Source of the DNA: Octopus sinensis
Taxonomy: Eukaryota
DNA: 64,000 bases
NCBI RefSeq assembly: GCF_006345805.1
Contig: NC_043005.1
Location: forward strand, 37,944,001-38,008,000
Direction: 5' to 3'
The notes under the pieces were generated by a model. It ran no database searches. It was not told the origin of the DNA and saw only the letters and a program-made list of their open reading frames with translations. Both the position numbers and the translations under genes were made by a program. Numbering within the stretch: the stretch's first letter is position 1; every line of letters starts with the position of its first letter. Of the stretch, positions 41,788 through 54,894 are shown piece by piece.

Positions 41788-43065
41788 AAAGGAGGAAAAT
41801 GGAAATCTTTTGGCATTAGTTTTCTCCACTACACATGGAATTTGCCCTATATATATATAAAATATGACCCCAGAGGATGAGAAAGGAATATATGGAGAAA
41901 CAGGAAAAGCACATGAAACCGAACAATAGACACAGACTTGCTCAACCCCTCATCAGTTATTGATGAAATATTACCACAATTTCAGAACCTATGTTAATAT
42001 AGTTCAGTTTGGTGGTGACAGCAACATAAGCTGTTGGGGAATACATGAGCAGACATAAAGGATGAACATGGGCAGAAAAAAAAATTATATTATTCATAAC
42101 AAAAGAAATAAATAAGCAAGCACAGTAACAGAGTGAAAAAATAAACGACAGGAAGATATTCATATACAACAAATATCTTGCGTCTATGTGACAATAGTAT
42201 GATATACTTGCACAAAGTAACACATATTGGGAAGGCAATATACATACATATAAGCATGCATGCATACATACATACATACATACATACATACATGGTTTTG
42301 ATATATATGTGATAGTTTAAAAGGTTTTACTGTGACTGAACCCATAAGATTCTCTTCTTTTTTCCTTGTATTTGAACATAAAAGAAATAATTCTCTTTGA
42401 GAGGTTTTTCCTTTTTTTTTTGCTTTTGTTCTTTTTTGTGTTTAAAGCATGGAAAAGCTTTCAATGTCTTTAGATTCTCTTTAAGGAGTTATATTTTTTT
42501 TTTATTTCAAGAATTTTTTTTTTTGTTTTACATTTGTGATATTTGTTTCTTATTTGGCTTTGAATCGAGTACACTTACTGCTTAAATGTTATGCAACTAA
42601 TGGCAAAATCTGGCAAGCATTGACCAAAGATTATCAACATCATTATCATCATCGTTTTAACATCAACTTTTCCATGCTTGCACGGGTCAAACAGAAGACA
42701 CTGAGGCAGATTTTCTATGGAGGAGTCTCATTGACAAGTATTGTACTATGTCAAGACAAGGAAATTCAGTCAAAGCCAACCCATTAGACCAATGAATCTC
42801 ATAAGAGCACAAGGTCTCATATATAGGAATCAGCAAACAAGCCTTGAGATGATGTGTGTTCTTGTCTGCCAAGTACATAATAATCCATTGGAAACATGCA
42901 GAACAGCAAGCATTTAAATTATAATATGTCTATTCATTTTTATTATATTCTAGCAGTTTGGGGCATGAATAGCTGATTGCTGTTGTTTTTCATCATCTGA
43001 GAACACCCCTTGAATTATATACTCTGCATGAAATATACACATTCTTTTTTTTTTTTTTTCATTTT

Positions 43066-43487
43066 AGTCTTTTACTTTTTCAGTCATTTGACTCTGGCCA
43101 TGCTGGAACACCACCTTGAAGTGTTTTAATCAAACAAATCAATCCCAGGGCTTATTTTTTTAAAGCCTAGTACTTATTCTATTGGTCTCTTTTGCTGAAC
43201 TGACAAGTTACAGGGACATAAACACACCAACACCGGTTGTCAAGTAGTGATGGGGTACAAACACTGATACAAAGATGCACACACACGTATATATGTATCT
43301 ATATATATATATATATATATATACATATATATGATGTGCTTCTTTCAGTTGCCACCTACCAAATCCACTCACAAGGCTTTGGTTAGCTCAAGACTATTGT
43401 AGAAAACACTTACCCAAGGTGCCATGCAGTGGGACTTAACTCATAACCATGTGGTTGGGAAGCAAGCTTCTTACCACACAGCCACAC
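43066..43487 (-). mobile_element. SINE family A copy
   Basis: Full tail-to-head match. Confidence 0.88.
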
Positions 43488-44849
43488 ATGCAATCTTTGA
43501 AAAAAATTGGAAATTAAAGTAAAGGAAAATTAGCCCCCAAACATCACTTTCAGCTATTGGCAGATTTATTATTTATAACATTGTTTCAGTGACACCATTT
43601 CAACAAGTGCATTTGTCAACATATCCACGATATCTCAATAGAATTTCGGTAGGTTTTATATCTGATGCTGTTTTTCTTCCTTGCTCATTATATACATTTA
43701 ACTATCACTAAAAATATCCAGGCCTCTACACATAAAAAATCATCTTTTTTATCAAAATCTCGTCTAGTGAGTATGTGACTGACCAAATCTGTAATCTTGT
43801 GTTGATTATCAATAAAATTTAGTTAATCTTATGCAAAATCATGAAAATCACAATTCATATAAATTCTGAGTCATTAGATGGAGAATCATATTAATAGATA
43901 AAATTTGCATGATTGTTTAACATTTGGGAATTGGGATTTGTTTCTTCTTTTGAGGAAAACGTTGAGCATGATTTTCTATATGTAGGTGACTAGGACATTG
44001 CTAATATATGCATGATTAATTATCATAGAATTTTGTGAACAGTTCTGTAGTTACTATAGTGATTAGAGGTGCCAACAATGGGGCGTCTACTGGGTCACTC
44101 GACTTTCTAAAAGTAGCAGCCAAATTCCTTCAAATTACTTACTAATGTCTTAGGATACATTTGATAATGTGGCACTGTGTTCTTAGCATAGGGAAAAAGA
44201 TAGGATGTTCATGGCTCAAATGCCTTTGATCATGGTTCTTCTCAGTTAGCATTAACCTAGGGTCAAACAACGACAGTCAAAGAATTTAAATTCAAATATT
44301 TTCTTTTGACTGACACAGTAGGGACCTGTGATGAATTCTTTATATGACATTAAAAGCCATATTAAAACAACAGATAAATTTAGCCAAGAAGATGATAAAT
44401 ACATGTTATATCCTGGAATGTGCTTTGTATGAAATCCAAAATGTAAGTCTTTGCAACACTAAAATGAGGATAATGGTAGTTGTTCCAAATATTGGTACAA
44501 AACCAGCTATTTTTAAAAGGAAAGGGGTTAATCACTGCCATCGACCCCAGGTGCTTATTTTATTCATCCTAAAAGGAAGAAACATAATATGCTTCCTGCC
44601 TCACAACACATTTGATAATTTCTCTCCAGAAGGCAGCCAGCTTCAGAAGCATTAGCATGCCAGACAAAATTCTTAATGACATTTTGTCTGTCTTTATGTT
44701 CTAAGTTCAGATTCCACCAAAGTGGACTTTGCCTTTCATCTTTTCAGGGTCAATGACATAAGTTCCAGTCAAATATTGGTGTTAACATAAACAACTTCTT
44801 CTTCCTTTAAGAACTGCTGACCCCGTACTAAAATTTAAAACCATTGTTT

Positions 44850-46310
44850 TTCTCCAGGTGAACTTCTATGTGCACTTTCTTTTCTATCTATCTTCGTGGC
44901 CCCATTCTCTGTTGTATAATATCTTCTATTATATTCAAGACTGTTTCTTACTTCTTATAGTTATGTATCTGTAATCTTTATGGTGCCTGTACATCTTCCA
45001 CATACGAACATTACTTTCTCTGTTAACTTTCCTACTATTCCACTGGACCTCTTGCATGTCCATAGCTTGCACTGGGTATACCAAATGAAATTTCTGCCTT
45101 ACACCCTTTTTACATACCAAACAAGGCTGTTTATCTGAAGGGTGAAAAGTCTTAACCAATTACTTGCTTACTCAGATCTTGGTTTTTGTTAAGTTAACTT
45201 TGATTCCAGGTTCTGTTTCCACACTAGGAATTTCGTATCTAACTCTGCTACATATTCTGTTATTAGGGCCAGATCATCAGCATATAGTTGTTCCCATGGG
45301 CTTTTAGTCTTAAATTCCTATGTAATGGCCTTGATGAAAGCCTACCTGTACACTAAATTCATCACTGTACCCATAGTGAACTCTTACTTTACTAACAGCA
45401 CCTCTCTACATGACCTGTACTACTTCCACAAGCCATTCATCTACCACTAGCTTCCTGAGAGACCACTATATCACAGAGCCAGGTATTTAGTGGAAGGCCT
45501 TCTCTAAATCAACAAATGCCAAGTGCAATGGCTTGTTCTTAGCTAAATACTTTTTGCAATTGCCTGACTATGAAAATAGCTTCAGTAGTGCTTTTCCATG
45601 GGGCAAAGCCAAACCACATTTCATCAAGTATAATTCTGTTCCTAATTAATTGTGCAATAATTCTCTCTTCAATTTTCATTATCTGGTCCAGCAATTTGAT
45701 GCTTCTATAATTACTTTTGTCTAAGGCATCTGACTGTGATGCTGCTACATTTGTCACTCAGGATTATGCATTTCTGAAAAACCTGATTTACTATATGGGT
45801 GACAAGGCTGTATTCAACTCTACTAGATGTCTTAAGCATCTCAGCGGTGACTCCTGATGGACCAGGGGCTTTCCCTATATTCATATCTTTAATTGCCTTA
45901 CCTATAATGCTGCTGTCAACTAAGACAGCTGGTCTCTCTATTGTATTCACATGAAGGAGACTCCCTTTCTCCCATTCCTTCTCCATATTTAATAGCCTTT
46001 CATAGTAGCTCTTCCATGCCTCTTACTTATCAGGATCACTTGGAGTAAGTGTACCATTAACCACTAAGAGTAAGTGTACCATTATTTGTCCATATACACT
46101 TCTCTCCCACAACATCTTTATACTCTCTAACACACTGCCTGGCAATCCAGAACACCTCAAGTCTCTGATCTTCATGCTCTAAGACATAAGCATACAACTT
46201 CCTTTCTGATTCTGTCCTAGCTACATATATCTGGCACCTAGCTTGTCTTTAGCTAGCTAATATGATTCTTTGCTACCCACCATTCTTCCACTCTTTTCAA
46301 GCCCATTCCA
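44850..46310 (-). mobile_element. Degraded RTE LINE, reverse-transcriptase region
   Basis: KAIKDMNIGKAPGPSGVTAEMLK, SNYRSIKLLDQIMKIEERII, FGFAPWKSTTEAIFIVRQLQ, AFVDLEKAF, a YADDL motif (catcagcatatag at ~45274-45286) and Cys-rich PCLVCKKGV. Multiple frameshifts. Confidence 0.92.
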
Positions 46311-46942
46311 AATAAATGTAGTGAAAGACTGGGAGTAAAAGAAAAAAGGAATATTTACTAAAGTGTAAAAGAATTTAGCAATTTTTTCCCCACTTCATAT
46401 AAAATTATTACATAAATATTCATTAAGAGAGTCTAATTCCTGTTATGATATGATTTAATCTTAAAAATTTTTTGTGTCATTTTTTTAACAATGTGTAACC
46501 ACCCACACAAATTCTAAAGATTCTTTTTTATTAGATTTGTTTGGATAGTTATGAATTGTTCAAAATTCCAAACCATTTTTTCCTGGTGTTAGAATGTCTA
46601 GATCTTGCAACAATATTGCTTGCTTCTACAGTAAATTGAATACTGAACTAACATTAGAAATACACAATATTCACAGCTTCATATTTATGAAATCTGAAGA
46701 AATTTTATCACTCTTTGAAGACAGTTTTAGTGAAAATTCAATAGCTTCTCAATGTTTCTGCTATGTTCACCACTTTGGAAGAGTAAGAATGTAGAGTACC
46801 AGACTAAATTCCTTGTTATATTTAGTTTCATTTCTCTCTTTTCTGATCTAAAATAATAATGGTATCAATGAAATAAATTTTATTCTTCAGCAAATTTGCA
46901 GCCATTTTCCCTGTTTAAATATTGAGTATTTTTCAAATAAGG

Positions 46943-47172
46943 AAAATATAAAGAATAATGAAAGAAAGGAATGATAAAAATATAAAGAGTAGAGGAAGAG
47001 TTATTTGGTTAGAATATAAAGAATAACTGTGTAGTTAAAATATAAGGAATAAAAGAATGACTGGCTAATATATAAAGAATAAAAGAATAAGTGTTTGGCT
47101 AAAATATGGAGTGTAAAAGAATAACTGTTTGGCTAAAATATAAGGAATAAAGGAATAGCGAAATAGCTGTAT
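46943..47172. repeat. Degenerate minisatellite, ~27-35-bp unit
   Basis: Recurring aaaatataa(a/g)gaataaaagaataactgtttggct. Confidence 0.75.
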
Positions 47173-48159
47173 GGTGAAACATTTTCTCCATAATCATGTG
47201 ATCATATGTTCAATCTCACTGCATGGTACCTTGGACAAATGTCTTTTATTGTTACATTGGGTCAGCCACATCTTTGTCAGCATTCTTACTGCAAGGCCCA
47301 TTTCTTCAAGGTTACTCAAAAAAATGTATCAAGGTAGTGGATAGGTAGAATTGTTATGGCATCAGACAGGATACCTTGCTGGAATTGTTATGGAATTTAA
47401 GGCATTTAGTTCTTAGTTGGAAGATTCTGTCTGGTACCCCCTTTAATACCACTACTTGGTCCTTTGGTGACTTGAGAAAGTTCACTCTGTTGCAAGCATT
47501 TGAGCCTACCTCTGCACTGAGAACATTCTCTTTCATCCTACCTTTCTCAGAGGCCACAAGAAATTAAGGAGTTATGGGCACATCCCTACTCTCCTTGACA
47601 AAAATATACTTAGTGATTCTGCGAAAAAGAGAGTGATAGAATAAGTAACCAGGCTAAAAAAAGAATAATTACTAGGATTGGTTCATTCAACAAAAAGTTT
47701 TTCAAAGTGGTGCCCCAGTATGACCACAAACTAATGACTGAAATAGATAAAAGATACACACACACACACACACATGACATATATATTTAATTTTGGTATC
47801 TTTTTTTTAAATTCTAAACCTTAATCCTTATCTTTAAATATATTTTTATGACCACATATAAAGCATAGCAGGGATTTTTGCCATAAATTTATAATCAGAT
47901 GTAGAAGAGTTTGTTCTCTTTAAATGATAAAAAGTTTGGTGATTAATTTTTTTTTTTTAATTCTAGATCGTTGACTGATAGTATCTTCTCCCATTTTAAG
48001 CATATTATAAGTATGTAGTAGTAAACTTGGAAAAGCTGATGGAGTTTGCACAGAAGCTCAAAGTGTTCCATACATGTGTCAGTCATCTATTTCCAATGAT
48101 ATTGAGGTCTAATTCTTTTTGCATTAAGTGTGGTTTGTTGATATAAAGCATCATCATTA

Positions 48160-48625
48160 TCATCATCATCATCATTGTTTTTATGGAACTTTGCCATTCT
48201 AGTATGGGTTAGATGGAATTCACTGAGGCAGATTTCCTAGTGACAGATGCACTCCTTGTCACTAATCTTCACTTGCTTCCAAGTAAGGTAATATTTCCCT
48301 ATGGCCAGACATATTTTCATGAATGACACTGCTTGTATGACAGTGATACTCATTTACAACTATCACATGACGTCAAGACAAGAAAACACTAGTATAGACT
48401 CACTAATACTTGCATGCACACACACACACAACACACACACACACACACATACACACATGTTTGATGGGCTTCTTTGAGTTCCCATCAATGAAATCCATTC
48501 GCAAGGTTTTGATCAGCCTTGGGCTATTGCAGAAAACACTTGTCAATGGTGCCACATCGAGGAATTGAACTTGAAACAGTGTGATTGGGAGACAAACTTT
48601 TGAACCACATAGCCACACCTGCATC
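48160..48625 (-). mobile_element. SINE with family-A head but RTE-type 3' tail (family D)
   Basis: The A head (48465-48625) is followed, beyond (CA)n, by a different body (tcttgacgtcatgtgatagttgtaaatgagtatc...) ending in an RTE-like (GAT)n tail. Similar copies at 3885-4295, 58000-58400 and 61680-61945. Confidence 0.65.
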
Positions 48626-48711
48626 TTCTCAAACACAAGTAGCAAGTATATTTCAACTAGGTATACTTGTCGTGTGTACGAACAGACATTTATAATTGTA
48701 GACACTCTCTC

Positions 48712-48920
48712 TTTTTCTCTCTTTTTACTTGTTTCAGTCATTTGACTGCGGCCATGCTGTAGCATCGACTTTAGTCGAGCAAATCGACCCCGGGACTTAT
48801 TCTTTGTTAGCCCAGTACTTATTCTATCGGTCTCTTTTGCCGAACCGCTAAGTGACGGGGACGTAAACACACCAGCATCGGTTGTCAAGCAATGCTAGGG
48901 TGATAAACACAGACACACAA

Positions 48921-49004
<84 letters not shown>

Positions 49005-49170
49005 TATACATATATACGACAAGCTTCTTTCAGTTTCTGTCTACCAAATCCACTCACAAGGCATTGGTCGGCCCGGGGCTATAGCAGAAGACACTTGCCC
49101 AAGATGCCACGCAGTGGGACTGAACCTGAAACCATGTGGTTGGTTAGCAACCTACTTACCACACAGCCAC
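48712..49170 (-). mobile_element. SINE family A, young copy
   Basis: Near-identical to 4604-5018. Confidence 0.92.
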
Positions 49171-49270
49171 TTACTCATTCTGATTTATTTTCAGTCATCT
49201 CTATATATTTGTATGTGTATTTTGGGGGTGCAGAGGTATGTTGTGCATAAGAATTTTCTGTACATGAATA

Positions 49271-49301
<31 letters not shown>

Positions 49302-49303
49302 TG

Positions 49304-49335
<32 letters not shown>

Positions 49336-51056
49336 TACACTGATACACATTCATACAGAAGCTTTTCAAAGAACACAAAGCACTGACATAGAGCATTATT
49401 TTTCAAGTGTCTTGGTACATCATGGATCCTTCTTTGGAACATTCATTCCAAAGATGGTATATTCTTCAGGATGACAGCATAAGATTCCATCAGAACTTAT
49501 TGGTGAGCTGCCTATCTCTATATCTCTCTATCTCTCTCTCTCTCCAAGTTATTTAACTTGAAGTTATTGGATTAGCTAACACTAACACTTCAACTTCTGT
49601 TTCTTAGAATTAAGGAAACTACTGCAATCTTTGAGGGAACATCCTAGTATTCTTGTACCAAGTGAAAAAAATCTGATATATTTTTTTTCATTTTTTATAA
49701 TTTTTCCTTAGTGAATAATTTGTGTTGACACCATCTTGTTTTTTTTATATTCTTCCTTCAACAACAAAATCACCACCACTACTGCTACTAATAATAATAA
49801 CAACAACAACAACGATAAAGTAATAGTGTTATTACTATTAAGGCTGGTGTGCTACATTTTATGGCATTTCAGTTCTTCTAAGTGTCTTATTTGTTCTTTT
49901 ATTCGTTTCATTCATCAATGATGTATGCAATGCGCTGTAAATATTCATCATTCTTAGTTTTGTTTTTTTTATATATATTTCCATCATCTTGTCTTTTGCA
50001 CCTGTTCTTGTTCATGTTTCCCTACTCTCTCTCCAAATCCCCTCTCTCGAAATCCACCTCTCTGAATCCCCTTCTCTATATATATATCTGTCTTTTTGTC
50101 CTTCCTTTTCCAATGCATAATAGCAACTGAATCCCAGAAGAGAGAATGTTGAATAAAATATTTATTTTACCTATAAATTTTTTTAGTGTTTGATGTTATC
50201 TGAATGGTGGGTCAACAAGTAAAATGATATATACATGCATAAGAAAAGATACAACCACTTTTCTACGACTGCATGGGTTGGACAATGTCTACAGAGGCAG
50301 ATTTTTAACGACTGGATGCCCTTCCTATTGCCAATCCTCACTTGTTCCCAAGCAAGATAATTTTCCCCTTGGCTGGACTTGTTTTGCAGAGAGCCTATAG
50401 ACAAACAACATTACCTATATGATGGTGATGCTTGTCTACAGCTGTTACATGACATCAAGAGAAAGGTATTTACACTTAAATACACACACACACATGTGAA
50501 GGAGTACAAAGTTAAAACCAGTTCAAATATGTTCAAATATTTGGACTTAGAAAAGCTTTTCACTAACACTTAGCAGGCATGCATGAATGTCTGGTAAGAA
50601 GCTTGCTTGCCAACTACATGGTACCTTGGGCAAGTGTCTTCTACTATAGCTTTGAGCCAACCAAATTCTTGTGAGTGGATTTGGTAGATGGAAACTAAAA
50701 GTAACCCATCATATGTGTGTGTGTGTGTGTGTGTCACTTTGTGCCTATGTTTGTCCCTCCCACTACCAGTTCATTACTGGTGCTGGTGTGTTTACGTCCC
50801 AAGAGACTAGTAGGGACAAACACAGACACAAAGAAACTGATAGAATAAGTACCAAGCTTTAAAAAAGTACGAAATGGGGTTGATTCACTTGACTAAAAAA
50901 TCTTCAAGTCAATGCCCCATCATGGCCACAGTCAATGACTTAAACAAACTATAAAAGATATCTCTCAAACATATTAGAAGTGGTCTTAAGTTTGTGTGTA
51001 TATCTATTTATCTATCTAAGATATATATATATATATGATACATATATATAAATATT

Positions 51057-51111
<55 letters not shown>

Positions 51112-51405
51112 ATATTTTTTAGTCAAATGAATCAACCTTGCTACTTATTCTTTTTTTTAAACCTGACATATATTCTATTAGTGTCTTTTGCTGAGTTGCT
51201 AAGTTATGGAGACATAAACATACCAGCACTGGCTGTCAAGTGGTGATGGGGGACAAATGCAGACACAAAGACACACACAAATATATATATGTATGTGTGT
51301 GTGTGTGTGTACACACACAACAAGCTTCTTTCAGTTTCCATCTACCAAATCCACCAACAAGGTTTTGGCCAGCCCAAAGCTATGGTAGAAGACACTTGTA
51401 CACAG

Positions 51406-51812
51406 TGGCGCAGGAGTGGCTGTGTGGTAAGTAGCTTGTTTACCAACCATGTGGTTCCGGGTTCAGTCCCACTGCGTGGTACCTTGGGCAAGTGTCTTCT
51501 ACTATAGTCTCGGGCCGACCAAAGCCTTGTGAGTGGATTTGGTAGACGGAAACTGAAAGAAGCCTGTCGTATATATGTATATATATATGTATGTGTGTGT
51601 ATGTTTGTGTGTCTGTGTTTGTCCCTCTAGCATTGCTTGACAACCGATGCTGGTGTGTTTATGTCCCCGTCACTTAGCGGTTCGGCAAAAGAGACCAATA
51701 GAATAAGTACTGGGCTTACAAAGAATAAGTCCCGAGGTTGAGTTGCTCGATTAAAGGCGGTGCTCTAGCATGGCCGCAGTCAAAATGACTGAAACAAGTA
51801 ATAAAAAAAAAA
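51406..51812 (+). mobile_element. SINE family A full-length copy nested in an opposite-strand SINE A (51117-51400 and 51815-51870)
   Basis: The host breaks after gaagacacttgtacacagtg and resumes at agtgggacttaatccagg; the insert has a complete head and an A-rich tail. Confidence 0.88.
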
Positions 51813-52860
51813 AGAGTGGGACTTAATCCAGGACCACGTGGTTGGGAAGTAAGCATTTTACCACACAGCCAGACCTTTGCTTGTTCCACTGTGTGTGTAT
51901 GTGTGTGTGTGTGGGGGAGGTTGGGGTTATGTGTGTGCACCTCTGTCTTGACATCATGTGATGTTGATCATTTTCAGTAGTCTTCTGTGAAAAACATGTG
52001 GTTACAGGGAAATATTATCTTGATCAGATTCCATCTGACCCATGCAAGCATGGAAAAGTGGACATTAAAATGAAAATGATGATGATGATGGTTTGCATTA
52101 TTTTCTTATATATATTATGAACAACAGATCATCAATAATAATGATTTTGTGTGCATGTGTGTGTGTGCATGTGCATGTGTGTGTGCGTGTGTGTGTATGT
52201 GTATGTGTGTGTCTTAACTAAATTAATGGAGTTGAGTTGCTGATACAATTAACTCCTTGCACTACCTCCAGGGAAACATAAACTCATGCTTCATTAGTTT
52301 AGAATGTAATGCCTTATCCATTTTGACTAATTTATATAAAAATGATGATTGTAGAGGTTGTAGCTGTGGTGGTGGAGGTGGAGGTATTGGTGTGGAGGTT
52401 ATTGGTGATGTTAATCTCTTGAATAGCAATACCTGTGGGTCATAAATTATCCAGTTAACATTGCAAAAAAGATCCTAAGTGACAGTTTCAGCTGAGATTC
52501 AATTACATTGTTTTTGGATGTCTAAGCTCAACTCATACGGAATAGAAAACTAGCAATGGTATATGGTAGGGCAAAGTATCAATTAGCAGGTCTGTCATTT
52601 AGCACACACACACACACACACATACACACACTCTCTTTTACTCTTTTACTTGTTTCAATCATTTGGACTGTGGCCATGCTGGAGCACTGCCTTTAGTCGA
52701 AGAAATCGACCCCAGGACTTATTATTTGTAAGCCTAGTACTTATTCTATCGGTCCCTTTTGCCAAGCTGCTAAGTTACAGGGACGTAAACACACCAGTAT
52801 TGGTTGTCAAGCGATGTTGGGGGACAAACACAGACACACAAACATATACACATACATACA

Positions 52861-52940
<80 letters not shown>

Positions 52941-52949
52941 ATCTATCTA

Positions 52950-52984
<35 letters not shown>

Positions 52985-53013
52985 GCGAGAAAGAAGCAAC
53001 AAGAATGGATAGG

Positions 53014-53103
53014 TTTAGTACGATCGTTTCATACAAGGACAGGTTTTATTAAAGGTTGCAAAGATTTCAGCATATAAACGAGTCCCGTACTCATCAGCTA
53101 AAA
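53014..53103 (-). ncRNA. Type I hammerhead ribozyme, intact core
   Basis: Minus strand: ttttag CTGATGA gtacgggac-(41 nt)-gtccttgtat GAAA C gatc G TA ctaaa. Stems I, II and III all pair, with a GUA cleavage triplet. Confidence 0.8.
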
Positions 53104-53773
53104 TACATGTGAGTTCTCTAGACATCCTAGTGTTTGAGGCTATACTCATGAAGTAATGTAGATAATTAAGTAACATAAACAGATTCTAAAGTTCATTAAA
53201 GTTCTTTAAAGATGATGTACAGTCTTATCACAGAATTTTAAAAAAGTTTTGATAGCATCACAGAGAAGGTGACCTAATCCATATGCATTTCCATAGATAT
53301 GATGAGGGATTATATACTCACAGAAGACAAATTTATCCATTGTTAATTACAACGAGGTGGGTCTCAATTCCTGCTTATTAGCATTACAGAGAGGTGAATT
53401 AATCCTTTGTATAGATGCACAAATTCCAATGGTGTAGATGTAAATTTGGAATTTGTGCATCTATACAAAGGATTAATTCACCCTCTCTGTAATGCTAATA
53501 AGCAGGAATTGAGACCCACCTCGTTGTAATTAACAATGGATAAATTTGTCTTCTGTGAGTATATAATCCCTCATCATATCTATGGAAATGCATATGGATT
53601 AGGTCACCTTCTCTGTGATGCTATCAAAACTTTTTTAAAATTCTGTGATAAGACTGTACATCATCTTTAAAGAACTTTAATGAACTTTAGAAATCTGTTT
53701 ATGTTACTTAATTATCTACATTACTTCATGAGTATAGCCTCAAACACTAGGATGTCTAGAGAACTCACATGTA

Positions 53774-53863
53774 TTTTAGCTGATGAGTACGGGACTCGTT
53801 TATATGCTGTAATCTTTGCAACCTTTAATAAAACCTGTCCTTGTATGAACGATCGTACTAAAA
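53774..53863 (+). ncRNA. Type I hammerhead ribozyme, mirror copy lacking one A of GAAA
   Basis: ttttag(53774) CTGATGA(53780) gtacgggac ... gtccttgtat GAA(53847) C gatc G TA ctaaaa(53858-53863). Confidence 0.7.
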
Positions 53864-54001
53864 CCTATCCATTCTTGTTGCTTCTTTCTCGCTTATAATC
53901 ACCCCACATTACTGTATTGTTAAATCAGTATAGTTTTTTTTGGTGCATCTAGTTAGGTACCATATTCAAGTAAATTCATTTAAATAACTGAATTATTGCT
54001 C

Positions 54002-54068
<67 letters not shown>

Positions 54069-54854
54069 CGGTGGGATTCTTTCAGTTTCCACCTACCAAA
54101 TCCACTCACAAGTCTTTGGTTGACCTGAGGCTATAGTAGAAGACACTTGCCCAAGGTGCCACGCAGTGGGACTGAACTCAGAACCATGTGGTTGGTAGGC
54201 AAGCTACTTACCACACAGCCACTCCTGCACCTTATTATTTTAAGAAACAGCTTTGAGTTACATATTCTGATCCATTCAATGAAGATAACAACCTCACAGT
54301 TTCCTATGCCATCCTTCTTCTTGTATAAAGTTATAAAATAATCAGGCCAAATAAACTTAATAATGTGTATGAAGAACAGAAAAAAAAATGTGGTGTAGCA
54401 TAATTATTAATAGATGGGATTATCTCTTTAGAGGTAAATCCATCTAATGCATCTAATGCAATGACTCAGAATATGAAATTTCTAAACTGTGGCAGAGCAA
54501 AACCAACAACAACCATTGTACAAGACAGTGTCATGCACCTGGTTTAATAAAGAATGGCTGTTTGAAGTTCAGATTTTTCTTTGCTTCTGTGCTGATATTC
54601 TTCGTAAAGTTTATTTCATACGATAATTCACTGAAATTTAATTATAATGCTTTATGTATATTTATTTACCATTTTTCATCTTAATTTTACCAAATTCATT
54701 TGCTCTTTTTGTATATTTATGCAATTTAAAACATGTCAGACATACCATCTCCCCACCCCACCCCCACCCCCACCCTCTCTCTGTCTTTGTCGATATGGTA
54801 GCATAATGTATACAAAGTGAAATTTGATGTAAACAGAGCAGAATAATAATGAAA

Positions 54855-54894
<40 letters not shown>

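Larger units (their letters stand above)
52985..53892. mobile_element. Near-perfect long inverted repeat (arms 52985-53429 and 53446-53892, 16-nt spacer); probable PLE-derived element with inverted pseudo-LTR
   Basis: The arms are reverse complements apart from one substitution and four 1-nt homopolymer indels. Each contains a hammerhead. A ~108-nt unpaired extension (53893-54000) follows, then (TA)n. Confidence 0.9.
52632..54230 (-). mobile_element. SINE family A split at its internal microsatellite by the palindromic insert
   Basis: The tail half (52632-52860) and head half (54065-54230) are colinear halves of one copy. Confidence 0.85.

Noticed and set aside
41945-41962. CTGATGAG on the minus strand
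   Set aside because: No downstream GAAA and pairing stems found; expected by chance.
51406-51480. tRNA-like sequence with A/B boxes
   Set aside because: It is the head of a SINE present many times in the window, not a tRNA gene.
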